A stretch of 64,000 bases of DNA from Chthoniobacteraceae bacterium (GCA_031409335.1 JANNWY010000141.1:1-64000), one strand, 5' to 3'. Counted from the first letter of the stretch, positions 1 to 10,120 are shown. Made by a program: numbers and translations. Notes: generated by a model not told the origin, from the letters alone.

Positions 1-3000
1 GTTGGAAACCGTCAGCGTGAAGCCGGTGGGATAGGTGTTGTCGCTGTCGCTGACGACGAGGTCGGCGAGGACGATCGTCCGCGCGGTGTTTTCCACGGTG
101 GAGACTGCGAACTGCCCGGTGATGACCGGCGCATCGTTCACGGGAGTGATCGTGAAGCTGGCCGTCGCGCTTGCCATTTTCGGATCGGCACCGCCGTTCG
201 TCGTGCCATTGTCCGTGATCGTGTAGCTGAAGCTGGCCGGGCCGTTGAAGTTCAGGGTCGGGGTGAAGAGCACATCGCCGCCGGAAACACTCACCGAGCC
301 CCCCACGGCGCCGCCGGCGGCGGTGACCGTCAAGGTTTGCCCATTTTCGTTGGCGGGCCCGCGCGAGTCGTTGCCGGTGAGCGTGGCGGCGAGGACCGTT
401 CGCTGGCCGGAATCTTCGGCCACATTGGTGAGGGGGTCATTGCCGGCCGACGGCGGGTCATTGACCTCGGTGACCGTGATGGCGACGGTGGCTGTAGAGC
501 TGATGCCCGTCCCTATTGCATCCAGCGCGGCCTGAATGGTGAATCCAAACGCGTTTCCTGCGGGGGTGTTGAGATTCGCGCCGGGCGTGAATTTCAGCCC
601 GGCATTCCCTTCGGCGAAGGTGATGAAATCGTTGTTGTTGATCGCGCTCGTGCCGTTGTTCTTGAAGAGCGCGCCGCCGGTGATGCCGGTGATCCGGAAG
701 TGCGTTACTTCCGCGCCATCGACGGTGTTGCGGCTGAGCACCAGTCCGCTCGACGATTGGATGTCTTCCAGCGTCGTCGCGCCCGTGCCCGACGGCGTAT
801 CGGCGATCGGATTGACCGTGAGGACGAAAGTGTCGGCCGAGCTGACGGCGAGCGCGTTTTCCGTCCCATTGACGGTGACGGTGATCGTGGCCGTGCCGCT
901 TTGATTCGCGGCGGGCGTGATGTTCAGCGTGCGGCTCGCTCCGGAACCGGAGATGGCGAGATTCGCGTTCGGCACCAGCGTGGTGTTGCTCGAAGTCGCG
1001 GTGATCGACGAGATCGGCAAATCCGTGTCGCCGAAGTTGAAAACAAACCCCGGCAGCGCGGTGTCTTCGTTCGTGGTCTTGTCGGCGATGTCTTCGATCG
1101 CCGGGTGCGCTTCGTAGGCGCCGATGTCCGCTTCATCCGTCGTGTCCGCGTCGCCCGCGTCCTTCAACCGGGCAAAGCCGGCGCCGCGCTGGTCCGTCGT
1201 CAGGCCGCCCACGAGAGCGCCGCTGCCCGCATCGAGCGCCGGGCTGCCGCCGAGCAGTTGATGCGTGAAGGCCACACCCCCGTTGTTTTGCAGCGGGCCA
1301 AGGCGCGGATCCACGCCGGTGACGTTGCCGCTCCCGCCGACCGTCGCGCCGGTGGTGTTGCCGATGAGGCTGTTGTTGCCAGTCACGGAGCCGTTCACGT
1401 CATCGGCGGTCGTGCCGGTGCCGCGGAAATTTCCGCCGACCAGCGTGTTGTTCAGCGTCGTGGTGCCGGCGACGCGCGCGATGCCGCCGCCGTTCCCGGA
1501 AGCATTGTTGTCGGAGTCCGCGCGATTGTTCGCCACGGTCACATGGGTCGTCGTGATCGCCGCGCCGTTGAGGTGCAGGCCGCCGCCGGCGAGCCGCGCG
1601 TTGTTACCCGAGATGGTGGCGTTGCGCAGCGTGATCGCCGGGCTGTTCCCGCCGATTTGCCGCTGCGCGAGACCGCCGCCGTTGCCCGCCGTGTTGCCGC
1701 TGATGGTGGAACCGCTGATCGCCGCATTCCCATCGACCACATACACGCCGCCGCCGTTTCCGTTGGTCGTGGTCGTGTTGCTGGAGATGGGCGTCGGCGT
1801 GGTGGCACCGATGTTCAACGTGCTGGCGGCGACATCGAACAACTGCGCGTTGAAATACACGCCGCCGCCGTCGGTGCTGGCGGTGTTCCCGCTGATCGAC
1901 CCGCCGTTGATGGTGACCGTCGTCTGGTTCGACGTCCCCCCCACCGCGCTATCGACCGTGAACGAATGCGCCACCCCGCCGCCGTTCGTCGCGGTGTTCG
2001 CTTCACCACCACCGGTGCCGCCGATGATGCAGTTGGTGATGTTCAGCACGCCGCGGTCGCGGAAGATCGCCCCGCCGTCGCCGCCGCCCGTGTTGTCGCT
2101 GTTCGCAATGTTTCCGCGCAGCGTCGCGCCGGTGATGGTGAAAGATCGTCCGGTGCCCGCGGTGTCCTGATCGCCAAAGATCGCGCCGCCATGCCGGCGC
2201 GCCGTGTTCCCGGTGATCGTGCCGCCCGTGACCGTCACCGACGCGCTCAGTGTCTTGATCGCGCCGCCATCTTCCTGCGCGACGTTGTTGGTGAAATTGG
2301 TGTTGGTGATCGTGACCGTGTTGGGCTCGGCATTGATGCGCAGCCCGCCGCCGTCCGCGTTTGATGTGAACGAGCCGAAGACCGTGCCCTGGCGCGCTTC
2401 GTTCGCCGTAAAGATTGAGTTGGTGATGCTGACGTTGCTGTTCGCCGTGGCTGCCCCGAAAAACACGCCGCCGCCTTCCCCCGCTCTGGTGATGTTGCTG
2501 GAAAACGTGCATGCGTCCACGTTGAGCGACCCATAGACCTGATACACTCCGCCCCCGGCGTTGTCGGCCTGGTTGTTATTGATGGTGCAGTTCGTCAGCG
2601 TCAACGACCCGTGCGGGAGTCCCGAGCCGAAGCCGTCGTAGCGGATCGCGCCGCCAAACGCAAAATTTGCACCGCCCAGAGCGGTGTTGCGCGCTTCGCG
2701 CACGTAGCCGTTTCGCAGGATCAGGTTCGTCAGCGTGACGTGAATGCCGGTCGAACCGCCAAAGCCGCCGCCGAAAATGCCGTCCTGCCCGATATCGAAA
2801 ATGCGATCCGTGTTGATGGAGCCCCCGCCGTCCACAGGGTAGGCGGTGAAAGTGCCCACCTGGATCACCGACCCGCCCACCGCGCCGTTGATCGTCAGGT
2901 TATTGAGGTTCGTGGTGTTCGGCGGACTCGTAGCGTCGAAAGCGATCACGCCAGTGATGTCCAAGTCGCCGCTGGCCTCGTCGTTGGTGCCTTGCCCGTC

Positions 3001-3270
3001 ATTATCGGGCTGACCTCGGTTCAGCGTGATGTCACCGATGCCGGCCTGAATGTTGATGATGTCGTGGCCCGGCGTTTTGTTCGCCTGCATGATCGCCGCG
3101 CGCAGCGTCGTCAGCCCATTGGAAGCCAGCGCCGCCGGGTTGTTGAGATCGGCATCGGGCAGGTCGGCATTGCTGTTCACGGTAAAGGTGACCGCAGTGG
3201 CGCTGCTCAGCGCGAGCAGCAGCGAGCAGGCGCAGAGCGTGAACGAAACAAGGCGCGATTTTGCGATCAT
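1..3270 (-). CDS. Large secreted/surface protein (CSLREA-like N-terminus, beta-helix GGG repeats, choice-of-anchor Q domain, cadherin/Ig-like repeats); runs off the left edge
   Basis: Absent from the ORF track because there is no stop in the window. Manual minus-strand reading gives MIAKSRLVSFTLCACSLLLALSSATA|VTFTVNSNAD...TTLRAAIMQAN, many GGGVY/GGAI repeats, DPRLGPLQNNGG...SPALDAG...TDQRG...DIGAYE, then EDT...VND repeats. Alternative in-frame ATG at 3357. Confidence 0.85.
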   Translation of the reverse strand, partial: MIAKSRLVSFTLCACSLLLALSSATAVTFTVNSNADLPDADLNNPAALASNGLTTLRAAIMQANKTPGHDIINIQAGIGDITLNRGQPDNDGQGTNDEASGDLDITGVIAFDATSPPNTTNLNNLTINGAVGGSVIQVGTFTAYPVDGGGSINTDRIFDIGQDGIFGGGFGGSTGIHVTLTNLILRNGYVREARNTALGGANFAFGGAIRYDGFGSGLPHGSLTLTNCTINNNQADNAGGGVYQVYGSLNVDACTFSSNITRAGEGGGVFFGAATANSNVSITNSIFTANEARQGTVFGSFTSNADGGGLRINAEPNTVTITNTNFTNNVAQEDGGAIKTLSASVTVTGGTITGNTARRHGGAIFGDQDTAGTGRSFTITGATLRGNIANSDNTGGGDGGAIFRDRGVLNITNCIIGGTGGGEANTATNGGGVAHSFTVDSAVGGTSNQTTVTINGGSISGNTASTDGGGVYFNAQLFDVAASTLNIGATTPTPISSNTTTTNGNGGGVYVVDGNAAISGSTISGNTAGNGGGLAQRQIGGNSPAITLRNATISGNNARLAGGGLHLNGAAITTTHVTVANNRADSDNNASGNGGGIARVAGTTTLNNTLVGGNFRGTGTTADDVNGSVTGNNSLIGNTTGATVGGSGNVTGVDPRLGPLQNNGGVAFTHQLLGGSPALDAGSGALVGGLTTDQRGAGFARLKDAGDADTTDEADIGAYEAHPAIEDIADKTTNEDTALPGFVFNFGDTDLPISSITATSSNTTLVPNANLAISGSGASRTLNITPAANQSGTATITVTVNGTENALAVSSADTFVLTVNPIADTPSGTGATTLEDIQSSSGLVLSRNTVDGAEVTHFRITGITGGALFKNNGTSAINNNDFITFAEGNAGLKFTPGANLNTPAGNAFGFTIQAALDAIGTGISSTATVAITVTEVNDPPSAGNDPLTNVAEDSGQRTVLAATLTGNDSRGPANENGQTLTVTAAGGAVGGSVSVSGGDVLFTPTLNFNGPASFSYTITDNGTTNGGADPKMASATASFTITPVNDAPVITGQFAVSTVENTARTIVLADLVVSDSDNTYPTGFTLTVSN

Positions 3271-3770
3271 GATTTGCGAGGTCGTAGGGGGACGTTTGCA
3301 GCGGACGCGGCGGATGCGGAAGAGCGCAGGTCCGAGGTGAAAGAAGTTCGTTTTCATATTCGGTATCAGCCAGCAGGTGAGGGGGCAACCAAACCGCTGC
3401 ATCTCCTGCCGGTAGCGGGGTGGAAAGTAAAGCAATTTCACCCCGTCCGAACGACCGGAGCCCTGCGCAGATGAGCCGAGCGCACCTCCCGCCCCGCTGC
3501 CTACGTCGCCACCCAATTCTGCTTCGGCTCCGCGTCGCTCGTGCCGCGGCTGTTACGGGCCTCGAGCCAGAGTTGACTGAAAGATGGTTTGGATCGGCGG
3601 TTCGGAAACCGCCGCTCCTTGAACCCGCCGCTCTTCGCGAGCCGAACGGCCGCGCTCAGCGTTCCCACAAAACCAAGCGCAGACGTGATCGTATTGCCGA
3701 CGCGCCTGAATCCGGCGCGGTTCTGCCTTTGCTTTCGGCGGAAACTCGTTTGAAGCTCCTTCACATTTCT

Positions 3771-6536
3771 ATGGTCCAAGACCTCGCCACCATCACCGCC
3801 TATATCGACGGCGAAGCCCAGCAATTCCAAGACGGCGACACGCTGCTTAATTTCATAGATCGGCACCGCGGGCGCGGGCATGTGCCGACGCTCTGCGATG
3901 CGCCGCAGCTCAAGCCCTACGGCGCGTGCCGCGTGTGCTCCGTGGAGATCGCGCAATCCGCAGACGGCCCGCGCCGTGTCGTCGCTTCGTGCCACACGCC
4001 GCTCACGGCGGGGATGCACATCTTCACCGAGTCGCAGAAGATCCGCGGACTGCGGCGGAACATCGTCGAGCTGGTGCTCACCGATCATCCGCTCGACTGC
4101 CTGACTTGCGAGGTGAACGGCAACTGCGAGCTGCAGACTGTCGCGGCGAAGGTCGGCATCCGCAGCGTGCGCTATCCGGCAGGAAAAAACCACCTCGACC
4201 GCAAGAAGGACCTCTCGCACCCCTACATGACTTCGGACCTCTCGAAGTGCATCAACTGCAACCGCTGCGTGCGCGCGTGCGACGAGGTGCAGGGGCAGTT
4301 CGTGCTCTCGATGCATGGGCGTGGCTTCGATGCGCGCATCATCAAGGGGCTCGATGTTTCGTTTGAGGATTCGCCGTGCGTGTCGTGCGGCGCGTGCTCG
4401 CAGGCGTGCCCGACCTCGGCGATTTCGGACACGTTCAAATCGAAGTCCATCGAGGCGACGAAAAAGACCCGCACGATTTGCACGTATTGCGGCGTTGGCT
4501 GCAACTTGGAAGTCGCCACGAAAGGGAACGAGATCCTTTCCATCCAGGCGCCATTCGACGCCGAAGTGAATGAAGCGCACACCTGCCTCAAAGGCCGCTA
4601 CGCGTTCAAGTTTTACAACCACAAGGACCGCCTGCGGAAGCCGCTCATCCGTACCAACGGCCACTTCGTCGAGGCGACGTGGAACGACGCGTATGACCAC
4701 ATCGCGGCGAATTTGAAGCGCATCAAAGCCGAGCACGGCGGCGATGCGGTCGGCGGCATTTCGTCGGCGCGCTGCACGAATGAGGAAAATTACCTCATGC
4801 AGAAATTCATCCGCGTGGCGTTCGGCACGAACAACATCGATGCCTGCGCGCGCGTCTGCCATTCGCCGACCGCGTGGGGTATGCAGAAGGCATTCGGCAC
4901 CGGCGCGGCGACCAACTCGGTGATCGATCTGCAATCCACGAACTGCATCCTCGTCATCGGCGCAAACCCGACCGAGGGCCATCCCGTGACCGGCGCGAAG
5001 ATCAAGCAGCGCGCGATGAAAGGCGTGCCGCTCATCATCATCGATCCGCGCGAGATCGAGATCGTGAAGTTTGCAAAGTATCACCTCCAGCTCCGCCCCG
5101 GCACGAACGTCGCGCTGCTCGACATGTTCGCCTACTACATCTGGGAGGCCGGGCTTGTGGACCGCGAATTCATCGAAAAGCGCTGCGAAAACTGGGCCGA
5201 GTTCGAATCCGGCCTCCGCTCGCTCGATCTCGACGAGCTGGAAAAAATCCACGGCGTGGATCGCGCCCTCGTGAAGGCCGCCGCGCTCGATTACGCGAAC
5301 GCGGAAAACGCGATGGCCTTCCACGGCCTCGGCGTCACCGAGCACACCCACGGCTCGAAGACCATCATGCTCATCGCCGACATCGCGATGATGACCGGCA
5401 ACATCGGCCGCCGCGGCGTCGGCGTGAATCCATTGCGCGGGCAGAACAACGTGCAGGGCACCGCCGACATGGGCTGCCAGCCGCACCAGGGCGCGGGCTA
5501 TTTGCAGGTGAACGACGCCGCGAACCACGCGATGTATGAGCAGTTCTACGGCGCGAAAATGTCCGACCAGATCGGCCTCAAAATCCCGCAGATGTATGAC
5601 GCCGCGCTCGCTGGAAAATTGAAAGCCATGTGGGTCATGGGGCAGGACCTCGTGCAGACCGACCCGAACACCGAGCACGTGAAAAAGGCGCTGAACTCGC
5701 TCGAGTTCCTCGTCGTGCAGGAAATCTTCATGTCAGAGACCGCGAAGTTCGCCAACGTCGTCCTGCCCGGCGCATCGTTCTTTGAAAAGAGCGGCACCTT
5801 CACCAATGGCGAACGCCGCGTGCAGCGCGTCAACGAAGTCATCCCACCGCTCGCCGGCACGAAGACCGACGGCCAGATCGTCGTGGACATCATGAACCGC
5901 ATGGGCATCCCGCAGCCCGACTACACGCCCGCCGGCGTCCTCGCCGAAATTGCGCGCGTCGTCCCATTTTTCAAAGGCGCCGTGTGGGAAAAACTCGGCG
6001 ACAACGGCAAGCAATGGCCCATCCAGGAAGGCTGCATCGGCACCGAAATCCTCCACACCGAGACCTTCAAGCGCGGCCTCGGAAAGTTCCACTTCTTCTC
6101 TTTCAAGGAATCGAACGAGATCGTCCAGCACCACGGCGAATTCCCCTTCATCCTCACCACCGGCCGCGTGCTCGAACACTACAACTGCGGCACCATGACC
6201 CGCCGCACCGGCAACGCCCGCATCGTCACCGAGGACGTCCTCGCCATCCACCCCGCCGACGCCGCGAAAAAGCAAATCGCCACCGGCGACCTCGTCCGCA
6301 TCTTCTCCGCCCGCGGCGAAGTGCGCATCCACGCCAAGGTCTCCGACGAAGTGAAACCCGGCATCCTCTACACGACGTTCCACTTCCCCGAACACCTCGT
6401 GAACGACGTCACCAGCAGCGAGTGCGACGAAGACACGATGTGCCCCGAATACAAAGTCGTCGCCGTGGACGTGGAGCGCGTGAGTGCGCCGGTGGAAAAG
6501 AAGGCGGCACAGCCGGAGATGGTCGCGGCGAAGTGA
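3771..6536 (+). CDS. fdhF: Formate dehydrogenase alpha subunit (Mo/W-bisPGD, NuoG-like Fe-S N-terminus, Cys-type)
   Basis: Fe-S motifs (ACRVC, HPLDCLTC, CINCNRC, CVSCGAC, CTYCGVGC), active-site CARVCHSPT, LRGQNNVQG, C-terminal PEYKV. ATG at 3771 chosen within ORF 3420..6536. Confidence 0.93.
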   Translation: MVQDLATITAYIDGEAQQFQDGDTLLNFIDRHRGRGHVPTLCDAPQLKPYGACRVCSVEIAQSADGPRRVVASCHTPLTAGMHIFTESQKIRGLRRNIVELVLTDHPLDCLTCEVNGNCELQTVAAKVGIRSVRYPAGKNHLDRKKDLSHPYMTSDLSKCINCNRCVRACDEVQGQFVLSMHGRGFDARIIKGLDVSFEDSPCVSCGACSQACPTSAISDTFKSKSIEATKKTRTICTYCGVGCNLEVATKGNEILSIQAPFDAEVNEAHTCLKGRYAFKFYNHKDRLRKPLIRTNGHFVEATWNDAYDHIAANLKRIKAEHGGDAVGGISSARCTNEENYLMQKFIRVAFGTNNIDACARVCHSPTAWGMQKAFGTGAATNSVIDLQSTNCILVIGANPTEGHPVTGAKIKQRAMKGVPLIIIDPREIEIVKFAKYHLQLRPGTNVALLDMFAYYIWEAGLVDREFIEKRCENWAEFESGLRSLDLDELEKIHGVDRALVKAAALDYANAENAMAFHGLGVTEHTHGSKTIMLIADIAMMTGNIGRRGVGVNPLRGQNNVQGTADMGCQPHQGAGYLQVNDAANHAMYEQFYGAKMSDQIGLKIPQMYDAALAGKLKAMWVMGQDLVQTDPNTEHVKKALNSLEFLVVQEIFMSETAKFANVVLPGASFFEKSGTFTNGERRVQRVNEVIPPLAGTKTDGQIVVDIMNRMGIPQPDYTPAGVLAEIARVVPFFKGAVWEKLGDNGKQWPIQEGCIGTEILHTETFKRGLGKFHFFSFKESNEIVQHHGEFPFILTTGRVLEHYNCGTMTRRTGNARIVTEDVLAIHPADAAKKQIATGDLVRIFSARGEVRIHAKVSDEVKPGILYTTFHFPEHLVNDVTSSECDEDTMCPEYKVVAVDVERVSAPVEKKAAQPEMVAAK

Positions 6537-6666
6537 AACAGATTCATCCTCAATTTTCCATGCAAGGCGGACGCGGGAAGATTGCTCAGCCGAAGGCTCG
6601 CATTGGACTTTGCTCGCGTTTCAACTCTTCATGTCTCATGAACTCGCATCTCGGAGGCACGCGACC

Positions 6667-8358
6667 TTGATCACAAGAATCACAACCCAATACTTCAAGC
6701 GGTTTGAAACGCAGCCATTTCCGCTGGAACCGCTGACGTTGTTGGCCGGCCCAAATAACAGTGGCAAATCCACCCTGTTACAGGCCGCGATGGTTTGGAA
6801 CCTCGCCATTCAGAAATGGTGGGAGAGGAAAGGGCCGGGCAGCGGCTCCAAGGCCAAGGACCGACCCGGTGCGCCAATCACGAGGCAGGAATTCACTGCT
6901 TTGCCATTGCCCTCCATGGATCAGCTTTGGACGGATACCCACACTTCCCTGCGCAAAGACGAAGGGAAGCAGGGCGCGCCTCGGCCATTGGTCATCACTA
7001 TGCACGGGCAGGACGGAGGAAGCGATTGGAAGGTTGGATTCGAATTTCGCTACAGTGGCCCAGAGCAGATCCATGTGAAGCCCGTCGCCGAAGATCTTCC
7101 GCACCTCGACCGGGCGCGGGAAAAAGTCAGCGTCATTTATGTCCCGCCATTTTCCGGCATCGGCGTCAATGAGACGCGCCACGACCGTCCTTATCAGGAC
7201 ATGCTAGTCGGACAGGGAAAGGGTGGAGACATTCTCCGCAACCTCCTGCTGGAAGTGGCAGAGTCCGCAGGTGGGAAAGATTGGCAGAAAATCGAGCAGA
7301 TCGTCGAAGAAATCTTCGGTTACCGCTTACTGAAGCCAGCGTATGTCGGAGCCCCTTTCATCACTTGCCAGTATTTGAAAGGCATACCCAAGGGCAATGG
7401 ATTCGGAGGACTGCCGCCGCTTGATGTCTCGACGACGGGGAGCGGCTTTCATCAAGTGCTCCTCATCCTGGCCTTCATGTTTGCCCGGCCATCAAGCCTC
7501 ATCCTTCTCGATGAACCCGATGCCCATTTGCACGTGCTTTTGCAAAAGCAGCTCTACGACATCCTCCGCAGCCTTTGCCACGAACGAAAAGGCCAATTGG
7601 TTATCGCCACACACTCCGAGGTGTTGATCGACAATACGAGTCCAAATCAGATTGTCTCCTTCTACAGCGAGCCTCATCCGCTGGTTTCCGACAGCGACCG
7701 CGATCAAGTGCGTGAGGCGCTGAAGCGCGTGACGGCACTCGAACTCCTGCTGGCGGAGAATGCCAAGGGAATTCTCTATCTGGAGGGAACCACCGACTTT
7801 GATCTCCTAAAAGCTTGGGCCGAAGTGCTGGATCATCCATTGAAAGAATGGTTCGGCAAATTGCCATTCTGGCAGAACAACCAAGGAAGAAATCCCAAGG
7901 AAGCCAGGGCACATTTCTTCTCGCTCAAGGCAATTCGACCGCCCTTGAAAGCGGTGCTCTTGCTTGATGGTGACAATCGGAATTCGCCCGATCGCGAGCT
8001 CACGGCGGACGGCCTTACGATCCTTCGGTGGGAACGCTACGAAGCGGAAAGCTACCTGTTGCATCCTGACAGCCTTGAGAGGTTCTTGTCCGCAGAGAAA
8101 GGACCGCTCTTCGCCAGACCCGGAATGGATTATCTGCGCGAGCAGCTTCCGCCTGCCTTCTTTCATGCCCCCCTGGAGGCCAGCCCGTTTCTCCGCGCAG
8201 AGCCCGCGAGTAAGACGTTGCTGCCGGAGTTGCTGGCCCAGGCCGATGTTCCGATTTCCAAGAGCGACTATTTCCTGCTTGCCCAGCATATGAAGCCGAC
8301 AGAGCTGCCGCAAGAGGTGTGGGATAAGCTGACAGCGATACAGGAATTGGTGTGCTAA
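6667..8358 (+). CDS. ABC-type ATPase fused to TOPRIM-like domain (OLD-family-like nuclease)
   Basis: Walker A GPNNSGKST, signature-like GSGF, Walker B LLDEPDAHLH, IATHS, then YLEGTTD and LLLDGD. TTG start 9 nt after GGAGG (6653-6657). Confidence 0.8.
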   Translation: MITRITTQYFKRFETQPFPLEPLTLLAGPNNSGKSTLLQAAMVWNLAIQKWWERKGPGSGSKAKDRPGAPITRQEFTALPLPSMDQLWTDTHTSLRKDEGKQGAPRPLVITMHGQDGGSDWKVGFEFRYSGPEQIHVKPVAEDLPHLDRAREKVSVIYVPPFSGIGVNETRHDRPYQDMLVGQGKGGDILRNLLLEVAESAGGKDWQKIEQIVEEIFGYRLLKPAYVGAPFITCQYLKGIPKGNGFGGLPPLDVSTTGSGFHQVLLILAFMFARPSSLILLDEPDAHLHVLLQKQLYDILRSLCHERKGQLVIATHSEVLIDNTSPNQIVSFYSEPHPLVSDSDRDQVREALKRVTALELLLAENAKGILYLEGTTDFDLLKAWAEVLDHPLKEWFGKLPFWQNNQGRNPKEARAHFFSLKAIRPPLKAVLLLDGDNRNSPDRELTADGLTILRWERYEAESYLLHPDSLERFLSAEKGPLFARPGMDYLREQLPPAFFHAPLEASPFLRAEPASKTLLPELLAQADVPISKSDYFLLAQHMKPTELPQEVWDKLTAIQELVC

Positions 8359-8374
8359 CCGAATAGAACCCGAG

Positions 8375-8674
8375 AAGGCGCTCAACGCGCTCGAATTCCT
8401 CGTCGTGCAGGAAATCTTCATGTCAGAGACCGCGAAGTTCGCGAACGTCGTGCTGCCCGGCGCATCTTTCTTTGAAAAGAGCGGCACCTTCACCAATGGC
8501 GAGCGCCGCGTGCAGCGCGTGAACGAAGTCATCCCGCCGCTCGCCGGCACGAAGACCGACGGCCAGATCGTCGTGGACATCATGAACCGCATGGGCATCC
8601 CGCAGCCCGGCTCCACGTCCGTTGGCGTGTTTGCCAAAATCGCAGGCGTCCTCGTGTTGTTGAAAGGCGCCGTG
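8375..8674 (+). pseudogene. Internal fragment duplicate of fdhF (copy of 5685-5984)
   Basis: Ungapped alignment at offset 2690; 9 mismatches in the first 235 nt, then about 65 nt heavily substituted. Confidence 0.92.
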
Positions 8675-8733
8675 GGGCGGATCAGATTCCGCTGGCGGAC
8701 CTGCGTGCGCTTCTGGAACTATTGCCAAGATTT

Positions 8734-9417
8734 ATGCGATCGTTTGCCAAGCTCGTTCTTTTCGCCGTCCTGCTCGGGATGAGCGCGGGTGGATTCGCGG
8801 CGGACGCGAAGAAGGAGAAAAAGGACGCGGACTCGAAGAAGGAGACGCCGAAGAAATCCGACAGGGATGCGAAGAAGGACGAAGACAAGAAGAAAGCCGC
8901 GAAGGAGCCGGCGAAGCTCGCTTTCCCGGTGCCGATCGGGCACGACTCGAAGGGGCTGAAGCTGCCGTCGTTCGGGCCGGACGGGAAGTTGAAGATGGTT
9001 TTTAACATCGGCGTGGGGACGCGGGTCGATGAGGAGAATGTGAACATGCAGGATACGCAGGTGCAGACTTTCGGGGAGGATGGATCGCGGGAGATGGATA
9101 TCGACCTGCCGACTTCGAGCTTCAATCTAAAGACGCGGGTGATCTCGACGAAACAGCGCGTGGTGATCACGCGCGATGATTTCGAACTGAGCGGGAATAC
9201 GATGGAGTTCGATACCGAGACGCGTGCGGGAAGACTTGGCGGAGGAGTGAAGATGGTCATTTTCGATCTCGCCGCGGAGACGCCGGAAGGCGATGCGGCT
9301 CCGACGGAAAAATCCGCGCTTCCCAAAGTGGCGCTGCCGCCGAACGATGAGGGCAAGTCGATCAAAGTGACCACTCCAAAACCCGCACCAGCAAAAAAGA
9401 AACAACCCAGTGAGTAA
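8734..9417 (+). CDS. lptC: LPS export periplasmic protein LptC-like
   Basis: N-terminal hydrophobic segment, K/D/E-rich linker, beta-jellyroll-like region (FELSGNTMEFDTETRAGRLGGGVKM); first gene before lptA/lptB. Confidence 0.7.
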   Translation: MRSFAKLVLFAVLLGMSAGGFAADAKKEKKDADSKKETPKKSDRDAKKDEDKKKAAKEPAKLAFPVPIGHDSKGLKLPSFGPDGKLKMVFNIGVGTRVDEENVNMQDTQVQTFGEDGSREMDIDLPTSSFNLKTRVISTKQRVVITRDDFELSGNTMEFDTETRAGRLGGGVKMVIFDLAAETPEGDAAPTEKSALPKVALPPNDEGKSIKVTTPKPAPAKKKQPSE

Positions 9418-10120
9418 GAATCCACTCGTCAGCATTTTGATCCTGGCGCTCCCGCTTTTGGCGGGCCGCGCGCAGTCGCCGAAGCCGTTTTCAGAGGGTG
9501 AACTGTTTAAGAACACGGACCCGATCAATGGCGATCTGCTGAATACGACACCGCTGACTTTACTCGATGAAAGACCGCCTGCGGCGAAGGAGAAATCGGG
9601 GAGTCAGACGGAGATCACGGCGGATAATGCGGAGTTCAACAACCGGACTTACATCGCGATTTTTGCCGGCGATGTGTTCGTCGTGAATCCGGACTTCAAT
9701 TTGAACTGCGACAAGCTGACGGCCTTTTTGAAGCACGATGAAAAGGCGGTGGCGGATGCGAAGGATGCGAAGGCGAAGCCAGCCGCGGTTGCGGCGCCCG
9801 CGGCGAAATCGAAGGGTGGCCTGGAGAAGGCGATCGCGGAGATGGTGAATGGGGGGAAGGTCGTCATCACGCAGGAAAAGAAGGAGGTGGATGGGACGAT
9901 TTCGCGTTCGATCGGGAAGGCAGAGAGAGCGGAATACAATGCGATGACGGGTGAGATGGTCCTGATCGGGTGGCCGGAGGTGACGCAGGGTTTTAACTCC
10001 AGCAAGGCGACGGAGGAGGGGACGCGCATGATTATGAAGCGCGAAGGCACGATGCGGACGATCGGCCGCTCGAAAGTCATCATTCAGGACAACAGCACCG
10101 AGAAGCCGGCCAAACAGTGA
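9410..10120 (+). CDS. lptA: LptA/OstA-family LPS transport protein
   Basis: Signal peptide; TEITADNAEF...AIFAGDVFV...LNCDKL, AERAEYN...MVLIGWP; overlaps both neighbours. Confidence 0.78.
   Translation: MSKNPLVSILILALPLLAGRAQSPKPFSEGELFKNTDPINGDLLNTTPLTLLDERPPAAKEKSGSQTEITADNAEFNNRTYIAIFAGDVFVVNPDFNLNCDKLTAFLKHDEKAVADAKDAKAKPAAVAAPAAKSKGGLEKAIAEMVNGGKVVITQEKKEVDGTISRSIGKAERAEYNAMTGEMVLIGWPEVTQGFNSSKATEEGTRMIMKREGTMRTIGRSKVIIQDNSTEKPAKQ

Noticed and set aside
337..3474. Long plus-strand ORFs (675 aa, 301 aa, 287 aa)
   Set aside because: Antisense shadows of the minus-strand surface protein gene in GC-rich DNA.
3520..3770. Moco/Wco riboswitch upstream of fdhF
   Set aside because: A hairpin CGGCGGTT-CGGA-AACCGCCG exists, but I could not identify the rest of the motif; an Rfam search is needed.
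4840..4875. Selenocysteine/SECIS in FDH
   Set aside because: The active site is TGC (Cys) in CARVCH; there is no in-frame TGA.
8375..8674. DGR template/variable repeat pair
   Set aside because: Mismatches are not adenine-specific (many C/G third-position changes) and no reverse transcriptase is present.
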